IMG/VR virus record: IMGVR_UViG_3300046368_000651
Location: 55,759 to 75,758 of that record
Length of the DNA stretch: 20,000 nucleotides
Direction: 5' to 3' (one strand)
From: an uncultured virus (IMG/VR IMGVR_UViG_3300046368_000651)
Taxonomy: Duplodnaviria > Heunggongvirae > Uroviricota > Caudoviricetes
Positions 6,847 through 15,457 of this stretch are shown in pieces. The notes under the pieces are model-generated. The model ran no database searches. It saw nothing but the letters and a program-made list of their open reading frames with translations, and was not told where the DNA came from. Position 1 is the first letter of the stretch. Each line of letters starts with the position of its first letter. The position numbers and the translations under genes are program-made.

Positions 6847-7651
6847 TATTAGCACCTGTTATCATTTTAATATTCTGTGACAACTTTGCGTTGAACTCTG
6901 CATCTGTTTGCGAATGTGCTAGTCCTTCACTTAATGCTCTGCTAAAACTTGCTGTGATGTCATTATTCATTGATAGCCTACGGCATGCTTCTTGTGTAGC
7001 ATATCCGCCACTAAGGAATACAACCTTTTCTACGTTGTGTTTAACTGTCAAGTTATGATACAAGTTAGGTGTTTCAGGAGGTGTTAGTTTAAGAATAACG
7101 GAAAAGTCTTTGCCTTGTAAATATATTTCTAACAATCGATACAGCTCATCTTCAATTGCGGCTTTGTCAGGATGATCAATCGGCACTTCGGGTTCGACAA
7201 TTGGTACAAGACCGTACTCACTAATTGTGTGTGCTAGTTCAAACTGCTGTTTAAGAACTGCACCTATCATGCTTTCACTTTTAATAATGCTACGCATCTT
7301 AGTGCCGTAGATTCGAGGACCAATGCCGTTTGTAGCCCATTCGCACATAGCACGTACATCAAATTCTTTGAGCATACCGTTGTCTTCGCATCCGCTATCA
7401 ACTTTTAGAAACGTGTCAATACCTTTTTCATCAAGCACATTAACCATGCCGCGGGTGACTGTGTCTTGGTAGAGGATTGCTCCCCAGATGTTTGAGTCGT
7501 TGAAGTCAGGACTGTTGACCATTCTAAGACGCATAGCATGAACTTTCTCCATCTTGTTTTCTTCTGTGTATTCTTGTCCGTAGCGTTCTAGTACGCCACC
7601 TGTTGAACCACCACTGTGATCCATTGCTGCAATAAATCTATGATCACTCAT
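6836..7651 (-). CDS. fda: Class I fructose-bisphosphate aldolase (bacterial type)
   Basis: FIAAMDHSGGST, FLKVDSG, GTKMRS, GLVPIVEPEV, LKLT (Schiff-base Lys), VVFLSGGY and ASFSRAL. Start is set at MSDHRF (ATGAGTGA overlap). Confidence 0.9.
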   Translation of the reverse strand: MSDHRFIAAMDHSGGSTGGVLERYGQEYTEENKMEKVHAMRLRMVNSPDFNDSNIWGAILYQDTVTRGMVNVLDEKGIDTFLKVDSGCEDNGMLKEFDVRAMCEWATNGIGPRIYGTKMRSIIKSESMIGAVLKQQFELAHTISEYGLVPIVEPEVPIDHPDKAAIEDELYRLLEIYLQGKDFSVILKLTPPETPNLYHNLTVKHNVEKVVFLSGGYATQEACRRLSMNNDITASFSRALSEGLAHSQTDAEFNAKLSQNIKMITGANNDA

Positions 7652-7982
7652 ATGTTTCGCCTGTTTCACGGAAGAAGTTTTCACTCCAAAATGCTTTGTC
7701 GTCAATCCATACATCGTAGTTTTCTTTTTTGCCTACGCTGAGTTCATGATACTTTGCACCCCAACCCTCTAATTGGTTCTTGGTTAGGTCGTAATAGTCA
7801 ACGCCACTAACACACCCGCGAGCAGTCATATACTTAATTGTATGTCCTGCATCGTACAATGCATTTACTCGTGCAATGCGTTCTGGCATTGGAATATGAT
7901 TTGCATAATCCTTCTTGCCGCCGCTGTCTGGAATAATTACTTCCTTGCAGATCGTACCGTCGATATCAATTACATATTTCAT
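7644..7982 (-). CDS. Small HAD-superfamily phosphatase (capsule-biosynthesis phosphatase-like)
   Basis: IDIDGTI, YMTARG, GK and WIDDKA (HAD motifs I-IV). Confidence 0.85.
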   Translation of the reverse strand: MKYVIDIDGTICKEVIIPDSGGKKDYANHIPMPERIARVNALYDAGHTIKYMTARGCVSGVDYYDLTKNQLEGWGAKYHELSVGKKENYDVWIDDKAFWSENFFRETGETYE

Positions 7983-8001
7983 TAAACGTCCTTTATATTA
8001 G

Positions 8002-8305
8002 AGTGGCACTTCTGTTGCTAGGCAGTACCCGCCCCCACATACCCTTAGGCTGCTAATGCCATTTCTGGCGCATAATTGTTATTTGCAATTATAAAGTTTG
8101 ACCAATAACGCAGTCATCCGGTTAACTCCACTTCACTTTCACACCTGTCGATCCTAGTTCTGCCCCATCATAAACATACGACTTGCGGCTTTCGGCCCTT
8201 GTCCTATGCACAGGAAAGTAGGTGCATCTACTCTCATATGTTTATGGTGGAGCAGCGCGGTACTGCCCCGCGGTCCAGTATGTGTCTACGTTGCTTCAAC
8301 GTCAA
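8002..8305 (-). ncRNA. ssrA: Circularly permuted two-piece tmRNA (alphaproteobacterial type)
   Basis: The acceptor piece ends ...GGAC-CGCGG-GGCAGTA-CCGCG-CTGCTCC-A-CCA (CCA end at 8245). The coding piece starts GGGGCAG-AACTAGGATCGAC at 8166. They form a 7-bp acceptor stem with a G3:U70 pair. The tag ORF at 8086-8045 reads ANNNYAPEMALAA*. Outer ends are approximate. Confidence 0.95.
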
Positions 8306-8310
8306 CATAT

Positions 8311-8341
8311 TATTTATAACATAGTTTTGTAAGCATGTCAA
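8311..8341 (-). promoter_or_regulatory. Composite sigma70 / late promoter of the tmRNA
   Basis: GGTTGACA-N17-TATAAATA. Confidence 0.7.
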
Positions 8342-8350
8342 CCACGAAGA

Positions 8351-8358
8351 TATAAATA
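8351..8358 (+). promoter_or_regulatory. T4-type late promoter TATAAATA
   Basis: TATAAATA-TTAGC-ATG directly before the radical SAM gene. Confidence 0.65.
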
Positions 8359-8363
8359 TTAGC

Positions 8364-9227
8364 ATGAAACCATTTAGTATAGGCGATGCTGCTTTTAATA
8401 TCAGTATGACATGCAATCTTACATGTGAAGGCTGCGAAAGTTTTAACAACTACAATTTTAAAGGGCAAGTAAAATTTGCAGACTATGCCGATTACTATAA
8501 AGAATGGAGTAAAAAACTTAATATCGAAACTGTAACTATTCACGGAGGCGAACCATTTACAAATCCAGACATATTAAATTGGGTTACGAATTTAAAAAGG
8601 TTATGGCCAACTGCTGATGAGTATTATGTAGCAACCAACGGCACTATATTACGTAACAAGATTACAGTTGCAAGACAAATTATAGATCAAGGATACTTTA
8701 TAAATGTAACTGTTCACGATCCTGCAATGTATGAAGACATACGTAATCAACTAGAAGAAGTATTAGAACCATACGACTATCTAATACGTAAAATGGATCT
8801 TGGTTACGAGTATTATGATAAGCATACTGAACAGATATACGGATTGATAGAATATAATTATCACTTTAAAAAAAGTGCTATCGATTATATAAAAGACAAA
8901 ACATGGTACATGCATCGTAGCGATCCTGTTCAAGCCTATAAAACTTGCTTAGAAGATCTTAGTCCTTGTAACTTCTTTCATAAAGGAATGTTATACCAAT
9001 GTCAATTAACAGCATTGCGTGATGATTTATTTTTGCAGTTTAGTATAGAACCTGATGCAGTTGACTTACTAAAAAAGTACAATCACGGGGATCCATTTTA
9101 TCCTATGAATAAACTACGCAAGTTTTTTAGAACTCATAACTTACCAATTCCACAGTGTACTCTATGTCCTGGTTGCCCTGACACACATCCTATATTTCCA
9201 ATGGCTAAAAAGAAAATTAAGTTTTAA
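8364..9227 (+). CDS. Radical SAM enzyme with extra C-terminal Cys residues (possible SPASM/twitch-like domain)
   Basis: CNLTCEGC (CxxxCxxC), HGGEPF, ATNGT; C-terminal C...C...LYQC...PQCTLCP. It is the only real plus-strand gene in the window. Confidence 0.9.
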   Translation: MKPFSIGDAAFNISMTCNLTCEGCESFNNYNFKGQVKFADYADYYKEWSKKLNIETVTIHGGEPFTNPDILNWVTNLKRLWPTADEYYVATNGTILRNKITVARQIIDQGYFINVTVHDPAMYEDIRNQLEEVLEPYDYLIRKMDLGYEYYDKHTEQIYGLIEYNYHFKKSAIDYIKDKTWYMHRSDPVQAYKTCLEDLSPCNFFHKGMLYQCQLTALRDDLFLQFSIEPDAVDLLKKYNHGDPFYPMNKLRKFFRTHNLPIPQCTLCPGCPDTHPIFPMAKKKIKF

Positions 9228-9446
9228 TTACCACTTAGTGGCACGTACTTTAGAAATGTGTCTTTGTGATTTTATTGCATTCATACAACTTAGTATGCGT
9301 CTTGATTTTTGATGGGGTCTATGATAACCATTTTTACTCTGCCAATGTTTATCTTGTTCCATTTCTTTAGCTAATTCTTTAGCCAATAATTGTTCAATAT
9401 ACAACAAATCTTCGTCGCCTAGATTGTTAAGCTCTTTTGACACCAT
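9228..9446 (-). CDS. Hypothetical protein (MVSKELNNLGDEDLL...)
   Basis: SD AGGAGA lies upstream of ATG 9446. The longer track start overlaps the next gene. Confidence 0.65.
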   Translation of the reverse strand: MVSKELNNLGDEDLLYIEQLLAKELAKEMEQDKHWQSKNGYHRPHQKSRRILSCMNAIKSQRHISKVRATKW

Positions 9447-9633
9447 TGTGGAATCTCCTATTATATGCTTGTTCAAAACCTTCTTCATAATCACATAACG
9501 GAGCCCCATTGCAACCGTCGACCCATAGTCTTTTAAAGTAGCTATCTGCTGATTGAAATGCTGTAGCATCACTCTCTGGAATATGGCCTTTTACCATCCA
9601 AAACAACCGATATGCTTCTTTATGTTCTTCCAT
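9427..9633 (-). CDS. Hypothetical protein
   Basis: TATAAATA (9639-9646) lies 5 nt upstream of the ATG. Confidence 0.7.
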   Translation of the reverse strand: MEEHKEAYRLFWMVKGHIPESDATAFQSADSYFKRLWVDGCNGAPLCDYEEGFEQAYNRRFHNGVKRA

Positions 9634-9677
9634 AAAGATATTTATACTAAGCCACGCTTGTTGGCGCTAACAAAGAT

Positions 9678-9941
9678 TTACGATCCTTCAGGAAAGAACC
9701 AATAGAGCAAACCTCCACCTGAATCAATTTCTTTTTCAAGCTCTTCAGTTCGCATATAGTTAATAGTTTGCCCATGTACTTGTATTGCCCACATATCGCC
9801 TGGGTCGTAAAAAGCAACGCCTTGCATTGCATTTCTTTTAAACGTAATAGCACGATAGGTTAACTCGTCATCTGCCTCCTGGTGTGGCGGGATGCCATAG
9901 TTACTCATAATGTATTTTTTTAAATCAGCTAGTGTGTTCAT
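9678..9941 (-). CDS. Hypothetical protein
   Basis: SD AGAGGA and a TAAATA box at 9962-9967. Confidence 0.7.
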   Translation of the reverse strand: MNTLADLKKYIMSNYGIPPHQEADDELTYRAITFKRNAMQGVAFYDPGDMWAIQVHGQTINYMRTEELEKEIDSGGGLLYWFFPEGS

Positions 9942-9967
9942 TTTATCAATTCCTCTACTGTTATTTA

Positions 9968-10150
9968 TTACATATCACGTTTCTTGTCTTGAATTTCTTT
10001 ACGACGATCTGATATTAAATCTTTCATTTCAGTCAAGGCTTGCCTAGCACGAACAGCAGAGGCTTTTACTCCGCTTTCAAACTTTTCACTTTCTTTGATA
10101 TAGATATCAACAGCCAGCATAAGCTCTTCGTGTAGACTTTTCTTTTCCAT
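9968..10150 (-). CDS. Small helical protein, Hc1 (histone H1-like)-family-like
   Basis: EKFESGVKASAVRARQAL..MKDL...RRKEI resembles the G-x-KAAx-x-RARKA pattern of Hc1-like proteins. TAATG overlap with the upstream gene. Confidence 0.6.
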   Translation of the reverse strand: MEKKSLHEELMLAVDIYIKESEKFESGVKASAVRARQALTEMKDLISDRRKEIQDKKRDM

Positions 10151-10653
10151 TACTTGCCTGTATATGCATTGCTAAGATTAACCTTTAGGTCCAACAAGCT
10201 GTCTTGGTTTGCTTGATACCTAATACCAATACCGCCTTTGTTGCGCCAACGATCAATGTTGCTAGGTTTGTCATCAACTAAAATATTTGGTTCTCCTGTA
10301 ATTTTATCAACTGCATATGCTTCTTTAGCCCCAGTAAAAATAAGATTATGTATTTGCGGCATGAATCCGTATCTAGTTAGCCATACACGTTTATGATACG
10401 AACTGTTGTCTTTGTCTCCACGTAACGGACTTGAACAAATGCCATACTCGTCACCTGCAAGTTCTCTACAGTGATCAACTAGTTCTTGACTTGTTGGAAA
10501 CAGCTCAAGTGTATCAAAAAAGTTTGTGTGTTTAAGTGCCATGATTGAGCTATCGCGATCTGGTAAGTCTTTCCAGTGTGCTATGTTATAAAAACGCTCA
10601 ATACCACCGAAGAAGTCAGCAATGACTCCGTCCATATCTAAATATAATTTCAT
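10150..10653 (-). CDS. 5'(3')-deoxyribonucleotidase, HAD family
   Basis: LYLDMDGVIADF, ICSSP, K..W and ILVDDKPSNI..W..KGGIGI. Confidence 0.85.
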   Translation of the reverse strand: MKLYLDMDGVIADFFGGIERFYNIAHWKDLPDRDSSIMALKHTNFFDTLELFPTSQELVDHCRELAGDEYGICSSPLRGDKDNSSYHKRVWLTRYGFMPQIHNLIFTGAKEAYAVDKITGEPNILVDDKPSNIDRWRNKGGIGIRYQANQDSLLDLKVNLSNAYTGK

Positions 10654-10685
10654 GTGTGCCTCTCTATTTGCCTAAATTATGCTTT

Positions 10686-10713
10686 ATTATAACATAGGAG
10701 ACTGCGTTGTCAA
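10686..10713 (-). promoter_or_regulatory. Sigma70-type promoter TTGACA-N16-TATAAT
   Basis: GGTTGACA ACGCAGTCTCCTATGT TATAAT, with a TGn extension. Confidence 0.7.
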
Positions 10714-10721
10714 CCAGTTTA

Positions 10722-13031
10722 TCACCAAGGTAGTGCAATATTGTATGCGTATACTACTCCGGTTTTGTCTGCTACGTATAGTTTTGTTCCGTATCCATTA
10801 TACCATATTGAAGCTGGTTTGTTATTTGCTATCATTGGAATGTCTACACTTTCTATTGCTGTGATAGTACCGCCTAAATCCCACGGAGTGCTATTTTCAA
10901 ACAAATGCAACTTTCGTTGATTAGTTACAAATAATATATATTTTCCGTCGTGACTAACCTCAAAGCCATTTATTTGATAATCGTCGCCAACTGGTATTTC
11001 GTGAGTTCCTCCACGTGGTATTACAAACTGCGCACTAGTTCCAGTATCAAGAGTCCATCCGCCTGTTGCATTTTCTACACTAGAGTTAGTTGAAGTCATT
11101 TGTCTTAACCAATAGATTTCTGGAGATGAAAAATCACGTAACAATACAAATAATTTATAGTCAATATTATTATTACCGTCTGCATCTTGTCTATAACGAA
11201 GATCAATAACATCCGTTGCTGCTCTATTAAATGTTGCATCACCTGCTGGGCCATTATCTTCTACCCACGATGTAATATTTCTTGTAGACGGTGGACCGAG
11301 AGGAGCAAAGGGAGACGGAGGTTCGCTTGATATATATGTCAAGTGGTACTCTCTGGATTGTCCAGTGCCTTCGGTTTGAATTGTAACAGCCCTCTTATCT
11401 GTAGTACTAGTCATACCATGCATAGGCCAGCTGTTGTGACTGGTGTTTTCTTTATAACCAAAATCTGACAAGCCGCTGGTGCCTAAATTGTCTTGGTTGA
11501 AGCTCCATGTTTCTCTTAACAAAGTACCCGTGCCGTATTCTTTGAAAAAACTTAAATATCTAGAAGGAGAATTATAGTTTAAATTATTTTCCATTAATAA
11601 AGCATTTGAGTTTAAATAATAAGCTGGTAGGTTTGTCTGCCTAGTTCCGGTCATTATACCTAACGCTTCGTTTGCACCTCTTGCAGGAAGGAAAGTCAAT
11701 GTACTCATATCATAAGGTGTGCTCAATGCGCCTATATGTAGTGTATTGCCTGTGCTCCACCCTTTGATAAGATAAAAAATAGATCCTGCCGGATCGCCGT
11801 TTGGAAGCACACCACCATTTAACTCTTCATTCCATGCCATTCCTACCATTAATCTACTTCCATGGACATCACCTAAATCGTGACTAACTACAGTTTCTGT
11901 TGATAGTGTGCTTAAATCAAAACCTGTACTCATAGTTCTTGTTCTAAAATTCCAATCTTGTATGTCATTACAATAAACTACTTTTGTTCCGTCATTGGTG
12001 ATATAACCGCCAAAGAATTCACTTGAAGTATCTGATTGCGTAGGTGTTGAAGACATAGTAGTCAAATCGTAGCCTGTGCTTAATGTATATTTAAATAGTC
12101 CGCCGCCGGTACCATCTGTACCAACTATTAATTCAGTACCGTTACTATTAAATTTTAATAATGTTAATGTGCTGCTAAAAATACTAATTCCATAACCACC
12201 AAAAGTAGTTGTCTGTGTGGGTGTAGTGTTAATTGATGTAATATCCCATGCAGTATTAAGAGTGTATTTTTTAATATAGTTTCGTGTTGAACCAAGTTTA
12301 GCTGTTATAATAGTTGTACTATCAATATATATTGTATGTGTTCCTATATCAGACTGACTAGCCACGGGTTGTTGTTGTTGTGATTCAAATAGTCCTTGCC
12401 GATTTTGTAGCCAGTCAGGATCTGCATCAGTATCGCCTGGAAAAAATCTAAAATTAGATTGATAATACTGTTTGCCGCTGTTGGCAGAGGCAGATGCAAG
12501 AAATCCTCTATTGTTTGGCATAACACTAGGATTGTAAATGATCTCTCCAAGGCCGCCAGACCCTACACTCTTTAATCCAGTAGCTTCTAAGCCATGTAGT
12601 CGAGGTCCTACACCGATACTTGGATACTCGATAGTAGAAATTTTATATAGTCTTGGATTAACACTTGTATTATTAATAGTAACCGATACTGATGTTGCTA
12701 AAACATCAGTACCTGGTGTATTTTGAATGTACGTATATAGTTCTACTCTAAAAGTTTCTGCATCATCATCAAAGCTACTAGCGTCTGCGGTAGGAGTAAT
12801 TGTAAAAGAAGCAGCATTACTGTTAATAGTTATTACTCCATCTGTGTCATCTAGCTCACTTTGATTACTTGCTTCCCAGTATAGATCGGTTCCATCAGAT
12901 ATATTAGTTGTAGTCACATTGAACGTTAATGCACTTCCTTCATCGATATTGTTAGCTGTTGGAACAATTGCATAAGTGCTATTGTATCCGGTTGAGCCAG
13001 ATGCTGCCATGAGCATTTTGGTTATAATCAT
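10722..13031 (-). CDS. Virion fibre/receptor-binding-like protein (Ig-like N-terminal domain, propeller-like repeats)
   Basis: Start MIITKMLMAASG through an ATGA overlap. IDEGSALTFNVTT...ETFRVEL is Ig/Calx-like. Repeats: YTLNTAWDI, YTLSTGYDL, MSTGFDL, LSTPYDM, NSTPWDL. Confidence 0.7.
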   Translation of the reverse strand: MIITKMLMAASGSTGYNSTYAIVPTANNIDEGSALTFNVTTTNISDGTDLYWEASNQSELDDTDGVITINSNAASFTITPTADASSFDDDAETFRVELYTYIQNTPGTDVLATSVSVTINNTSVNPRLYKISTIEYPSIGVGPRLHGLEATGLKSVGSGGLGEIIYNPSVMPNNRGFLASASANSGKQYYQSNFRFFPGDTDADPDWLQNRQGLFESQQQQPVASQSDIGTHTIYIDSTTIITAKLGSTRNYIKKYTLNTAWDITSINTTPTQTTTFGGYGISIFSSTLTLLKFNSNGTELIVGTDGTGGGLFKYTLSTGYDLTTMSSTPTQSDTSSEFFGGYITNDGTKVVYCNDIQDWNFRTRTMSTGFDLSTLSTETVVSHDLGDVHGSRLMVGMAWNEELNGGVLPNGDPAGSIFYLIKGWSTGNTLHIGALSTPYDMSTLTFLPARGANEALGIMTGTRQTNLPAYYLNSNALLMENNLNYNSPSRYLSFFKEYGTGTLLRETWSFNQDNLGTSGLSDFGYKENTSHNSWPMHGMTSTTDKRAVTIQTEGTGQSREYHLTYISSEPPSPFAPLGPPSTRNITSWVEDNGPAGDATFNRAATDVIDLRYRQDADGNNNIDYKLFVLLRDFSSPEIYWLRQMTSTNSSVENATGGWTLDTGTSAQFVIPRGGTHEIPVGDDYQINGFEVSHDGKYILFVTNQRKLHLFENSTPWDLGGTITAIESVDIPMIANNKPASIWYNGYGTKLYVADKTGVVYAYNIALPW

Positions 13032-15457
13032 GCCATTGCGTCTCCGGCTTGAAACCCAAACCAAGATGTGCCATTGAATGTAGTAAACACATAAATGTCC
13101 AGTTCTCCATTATTTGGCACGTCAGGCTGAACGCCACCAGACCATAATACACTAGACGGCCAAGTAATGCTAAAAGTTGGATTACTTGAGCTCCTATTTA
13201 GATATAATGTAAAAGACTCAACTCCAGATGCATATCCTTGAAATACGAAAGTTGTACTGCCGACTAATGTTATAGAAAAATGATTTGCACTACTAGTATC
13301 TAGAAGCTTTGTTGATTGCACTGCGCCTTCGCTGCTAAAAAATTCAGTTACATTAGACTTTAAATTAATACTGCCTCCACCGTTTGCAGTAATATCAATA
13401 TCGCCATTAGTTGTTGAGGTAGTAAGACTATAAGTTTGCATGTCAAGATTACCGCCTAATTGTGGCGATGTATCGTCAACAACATCGCCGCTGCCGCCAT
13501 CTGTAATTCCATATCCGGCAAGTGTTGTTGGTGTTCCTGTTAGATCAGAAAATGCAACACTTGTAAGATAGTTACTATCGTTTGTCCACTGGCTAATGTT
13601 ACCACTTTTATTTATTAATGTATCAGTTGAACTTGGTGTAAATATAATGTCACTTGTTAATGCAAAGGTTCCTGGTGTTCCACCTGGTATACTATGAGTA
13701 TTAATTGTGCCTAAACTTGTAATATCATATGTTTGTGCGTCAAGGTTACCACCTAATTGTGGAGTAATGTCAGCAGCTACACTAGCGATTCCTTTTGTTG
13801 TCCAAATATAATCGCCGGTGTTACTGTTTAAAGTTGGATCCCAACCTAAAACGTCACCTGAGCCTGCAGTACTAGTATTTAAATGCGCATCTACACTTGC
13901 ATCTGCATATCCTCCTCCACCGCCGCCGGAAATATCAGAAAGTAAGGCATAGGTACCTCCGCTACCTGTAGGAAGAGTGTGTCCGTTTAGACTACCAGTA
14001 ATTGTAACACCATCGTTGCTGGTTGCTAATCGTTCATTATTGTCGTAGTATAATGTACTTGCTGAACTTTTAAACTGAGCAAATTTACTTCCGCCTGAAG
14101 ATTGGACAATAGTTGTAGAGGATATAATTTTTGTTGTACCAGAGCCGTCGCCAGCTCCTGTATCTTTTATAATACTATCAGTGCCATCATGAAATATTTC
14201 AAAATCTGCCGATGCACCTAGTGCTAGTTTGCCATTATCAGCAAAGGTAATACTACTGCCATTTGCAACAGGTGTTGTGATAAATCCTGCATCATTGGTT
14301 AGATCGCTATTATTAAGTCCTGATATGCTTGTAATGTAACCGCTATCATTGGTTAACTGGCTTATATTTTCGCCATTTATACTAGTAAGATAGCTGCTCA
14401 AGTCAGGTGGTGTATATTGAAATTGTCCATTAGTGTTGTCATAAGATACACTGCCCGATCCACTTGCGGTTGCACTAGCAATAAAACTTAAACTGTTTAA
14501 TTGTATGTAACCTGGGTTACTAAAATTAACAGTAATGTTACCTTCTATATCACTAGTTGTTGATATAGAAGTTCCGCCTTTGATGCTAAATGTTTCACCT
14601 CGAGAAATACTAATGCTAGTAGAATCGTCTGCTGTAATGTTAAAAACATTATCTTCAATACGACTAAACCTATCAATAACTGTAGTTGCAAAATTTGGAT
14701 CGTCTCCTAATGCTGCTGCTAGTTCATTTAACGTATTTAATGCACCAGGAGCACTATCAATTACATTAGCAATAGCACTATCGATATTTGCTTGATTAAC
14801 TCCGTCAGTGATACCAAATCCTGCTAAAGTTGTGGGCTTGCTTGTTAAATCGGCAAAAGCCACACTAGTTAAATAACTACTTAGATCGGGCGGAGTGTAA
14901 TCAAATTCGCCAGTAGTGTTGTCGTAGGATAACGCTGCTGTTCCTACTGCATTTGTTGTTACACTAATCTCTGTTAAATTAATATAGTTAGCATCATTTG
15001 TAAATGCACTTACATCCGTAGGAACTCCTGTGAGACTACTGAATGCAAAATCTTGTGTAAAACCATTTGTGATTGTTATACTATCGGTTGCAGAATCTGT
15101 TGAGATAGAGATGTTTGTTCCAGCTACTAAAGTGATTGTATCTGTTTTACTATCTGCATCAATATTTGTTTGCCCAGAAACTGCAAAGGTACTAAAAGCA
15201 TTTTGATTTATCTCGCCGCTTGCTTGAGTAGCTGCAAGTTGATCCCATCCTACACTAGTATACCCTTCAAATAAATTAAGTGTATTATTATATCTTAAAG
15301 AACCTAAAGTAGGAGAACTATCACGCTCTGCTGTACTACCAATTGGAATTTGTACAGAACCACTTACACTTGTGCGAGGTGCAATAGCATCAAAATTATC
15401 ATCCATTTCTGTATAGGTTAACGCCGAACCTTTAGTAGAACGTTTTGTTACAGCCAT
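13028..15457 (-). CDS. Tail fibre-like protein with modular internal repeats
   Basis: APGALNTLNELAAALGDDPNFATT fibre motif; repeated PTTLAG(F/Y)GITD, YTPPDLSSYLTS, PQLGGNLD and TND.GYIT; T/S/G-rich. Confidence 0.8.
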   Translation of the reverse strand: MAVTKRSTKGSALTYTEMDDNFDAIAPRTSVSGSVQIPIGSTAERDSSPTLGSLRYNNTLNLFEGYTSVGWDQLAATQASGEINQNAFSTFAVSGQTNIDADSKTDTITLVAGTNISISTDSATDSITITNGFTQDFAFSSLTGVPTDVSAFTNDANYINLTEISVTTNAVGTAALSYDNTTGEFDYTPPDLSSYLTSVAFADLTSKPTTLAGFGITDGVNQANIDSAIANVIDSAPGALNTLNELAAALGDDPNFATTVIDRFSRIEDNVFNITADDSTSISISRGETFSIKGGTSISTTSDIEGNITVNFSNPGYIQLNSLSFIASATASGSGSVSYDNTNGQFQYTPPDLSSYLTSINGENISQLTNDSGYITSISGLNNSDLTNDAGFITTPVANGSSITFADNGKLALGASADFEIFHDGTDSIIKDTGAGDGSGTTKIISSTTIVQSSGGSKFAQFKSSASTLYYDNNERLATSNDGVTITGSLNGHTLPTGSGGTYALLSDISGGGGGGYADASVDAHLNTSTAGSGDVLGWDPTLNSNTGDYIWTTKGIASVAADITPQLGGNLDAQTYDITSLGTINTHSIPGGTPGTFALTSDIIFTPSSTDTLINKSGNISQWTNDSNYLTSVAFSDLTGTPTTLAGYGITDGGSGDVVDDTSPQLGGNLDMQTYSLTTSTTNGDIDITANGGGSINLKSNVTEFFSSEGAVQSTKLLDTSSANHFSITLVGSTTFVFQGYASGVESFTLYLNRSSSNPTFSITWPSSVLWSGGVQPDVPNNGELDIYVFTTFNGTSWFGFQAGDAMA

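Noticed and set aside
8167..8244. Hammerhead ribozyme in the tmRNA intervening segment (it contains GAAA and several stems)
   Set aside because: No CUGANGA core is present on either strand.
8245..8276. tRNA-like T-arm plus CCA read as a tRNA gene or att-site remnant
   Set aside because: There is no D or anticodon arm. It pairs with GGGGCAG at 8166-8160 and is the acceptor piece of the permuted tmRNA. No integrase or duplicate copy is seen.
8234..8543. Minus-strand ORFs 8234..8449 and 8310..8543
   Set aside because: They overlap the tmRNA, its promoter and the antisense of the radical SAM gene, and show no recognisable motifs.
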